A DNA stretch of 64,000 nt, from assembly GCA_016699405.1 (NCBI GenBank), contig CP064972.1, positions 3,786,466 to 3,850,465 of the forward strand, read 5' to 3'. A model generated the notes under the pieces. It made no database searches. It worked only from the letters and a program-made list of their open reading frames with translations, and was not told the origin of the DNA. Positions within the stretch are counted from its first letter, which is position 1. The number at the start of each line of letters is the position of its first letter. This document shows, in pieces, positions 62,566 through 64,000 of this stretch. The stretch comes from Holophagales bacterium (GTDB lineage Bacteria > Acidobacteriota > Thermoanaerobaculia > Multivoradales > JAGPDF01). The position numbers were made by a program, and so were the translations under genes.

Positions 62566-64000
62566 ATGGCGAGCCCACGACGTGTGCCCCGCGCCCTGCG
62601 CGAAGCGCCGGCCCTGCCGGCACCGGTCGCCGACCCGGCGATCCGGGCGCGCCACGCCCTGCTGCTCAACCCCTTCTACCCGAAGGACCCGCACGCCAGC
62701 TTCGGCAAGCACGTCCTGACGCCGTCGCTGGCGCTCACCTCGCTCGCCGCGGCCACGCCAGCCGACTGGACGGTCGCCTACTGGGACGAGAACCTGCTGC
62801 AGGGACCGCCACCGGTCGAGCCGTTCCCGCAGGTGGTCGGCATCACCGTTCACCTCACCTTCGCCCGGCGCGCCTTCGAGCTCGCGGCCTGGTACCGCGC
62901 CCAGGGGGCGAAGGTGGTGCTCGGCGGCCTGCACGTCCAGTCGTGCCCCGACGAATGCGCGCCGCACGCCGACGCGCTGGCGTTCGGCGAAGGGGTGCAA
63001 CTCTGGCCGCGGATCCTGCGCGACGTCGAGCGAGGCGAGCTCGCCCGGCGCTACACGGGCGGCTACGACCGGCCCTACCGCGACGACCCGCCGCCGCGTC
63101 GCGATCTCGTGCCGCGCGGCCAGTTCCTCACCTCCGCCAGCCTCATCGCCACCCGCGGCTGCCACAACCGCTGCGACTTCTGCTACCTCGCCACCGACGG
63201 CCTGCACATCCCTCACCGTCGACGTGACGCCGCGCAGGTCGCCGCCGAGCTCGCGGCGAGCGGCAGCCCCTACGCCGTCTTCGTCGACAACAACCTCGGC
63301 TCGCACCGCGAATCCCTGCGCGAGCTCTGCGCCGCGATCGCGCCGCTCGAGAAGATCTGGAGCGCGGCGATCTCGCTCGACGTCACCGAGGACGCGTCGC
63401 TGGTGCGCGCCATGGCGCTCGCCGGCTGTACCGGCGTCTTCGTCGGCTTCGAGACGATCAACGCCGCGAGCCTCGCCGGCACCGGGAAGCGGTCGCCGCT
63501 GCCCGACGACTATGCCGCGCGCGTCCGCCGGCTCCACGACCACGGCATCCAGGTCAACGCCAGCTTCGTCTTCGGCTTCGACGACGACCGGCCCGACGTC
63601 TTCGCGCGCACCGTCGAGTGGATCGAGACCCACCGCCTCGAATGCGCGACCTTCCACATCCTCACCCCCTACCCGGGAACGCCGCTGTTCGCACGACTGA
63701 AGGCCGAGGGCCGGCTGCGACACGAGGACTGGTCGCTCTACGACACGGCGCACGTCGTCTTCGAGCCGAAGGGGATGAGCGCCGACGAGCTGGCGAGCGG
63801 TTACGAGTGGGCCTACCGGCGCCTCTTCTCCCACGCCTCGATCTGGCGCCGCCGCCCCGCGAGCTGGAGCGGCGTCCTCCCCTATCTCGCCGGCTCCTAC
63901 CTCTACAAACGCTCCAACTGGCTCTGGCACCTGCTCATCCGCCATCGCCTCACCCATGCGGCCTGGAGCCCGCTCGTCGAGCTCATGCGGCGGCGGCACC
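62566..64000 (+). CDS. B12-binding-domain radical SAM protein, 3'-truncated by window end
   Basis: N-terminal cobalamin-binding domain (KVVLGGLHVQSCPDE) followed by radical SAM cluster motif ATRGCHNRCDFC. Not in the ORF track, presumably because no stop codon occurs before the window end. Confidence 0.75.
   Translation, partial: MASPRRVPRALREAPALPAPVADPAIRARHALLLNPFYPKDPHASFGKHVLTPSLALTSLAAATPADWTVAYWDENLLQGPPPVEPFPQVVGITVHLTFARRAFELAAWYRAQGAKVVLGGLHVQSCPDECAPHADALAFGEGVQLWPRILRDVERGELARRYTGGYDRPYRDDPPPRRDLVPRGQFLTSASLIATRGCHNRCDFCYLATDGLHIPHRRRDAAQVAAELAASGSPYAVFVDNNLGSHRESLRELCAAIAPLEKIWSAAISLDVTEDASLVRAMALAGCTGVFVGFETINAASLAGTGKRSPLPDDYAARVRRLHDHGIQVNASFVFGFDDDRPDVFARTVEWIETHRLECATFHILTPYPGTPLFARLKAEGRLRHEDWSLYDTAHVVFEPKGMSADELASGYEWAYRRLFSHASIWRRRPASWSGVLPYLAGSYLYKRSNWLWHLLIRHRLTHAAWSPLVELMRRRH

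Noticed and set aside
62557-63999. 480-aa minus-strand ORF at the window end
   Set aside because: The opposite (plus) strand encodes a convincing B12-binding radical SAM protein (CHNRCDFC cluster motif). The minus-strand ORF is an antisense GC artefact.

Overview
High-GC (~68-70%) bacterial chromosomal window, plausibly from an Acidobacteria- or Gemmatimonadetes-like soil organism. That lineage guess is inference from Oar-like TonB receptors and many secreted beta-propeller proteins. Long ORFs antisense to real genes are pervasive GC artefacts and were ignored. Window layout: (i) 0.3-1.4 kb: a hicA/hicB toxin-antitoxin pair bracketed by ~38-bp direct repeats. (ii) 3.6-23.5 kb: a dense defence island. 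Its core is a type I restriction-modification operon (NYN nuclease, hsdM, hsdS, then hsdR) with a compositionally distinct two-gene cassette wedged between hsdS and hsdR. The cassette is a membrane-anchored HerA/DUF87-family ATPase plus a RecG-C-terminal-like/wHTH protein. Downstream lie a GmrSD-like DUF262-HNH enzyme, a three-gene nuclease-like cluster (small PD-(D/E)xK protein, 428-aa unknown, NucS/DUF91-like), an EVE-HNH type IV-like enzyme, an MNT/HEPN pair whose HEPN toxin carries an in-frame stop, and a DUF4160/DUF2442 pair. (iii) Two ~1.8-kb paralogous secreted beta-propeller/PKD genes (17.8-19.6 kb and 27.9-29.8 kb) share a conserved palindromic upstream motif and bracket part of the island. 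(iv) 30-64 kb: housekeeping and scavenging genes. These include a degenerate tRNA-His-like gene next to a tiny promoter/39-aa ORF/terminator unit, an SPFH protein, a MocR regulator with an APC permease, TonB-dependent receptors, peptidases, and a peptidoglycan/amino-sugar recycling cluster (LD-carboxypeptidase, L-Ala-D/L-Glu epimerase, DUF1611, MurQ, BadF-type sugar kinase, YdjC, NagB, alanine symporter). The window ends in a 3'-truncated B12-binding radical SAM gene. No CRISPR array, rRNA, integrase or transposase was seen. The best candidate for an undescribed system is the HerA-like/wHTH cassette embedded in the type I R-M operon, followed by the 14.6-17.4 kb three-gene cluster.
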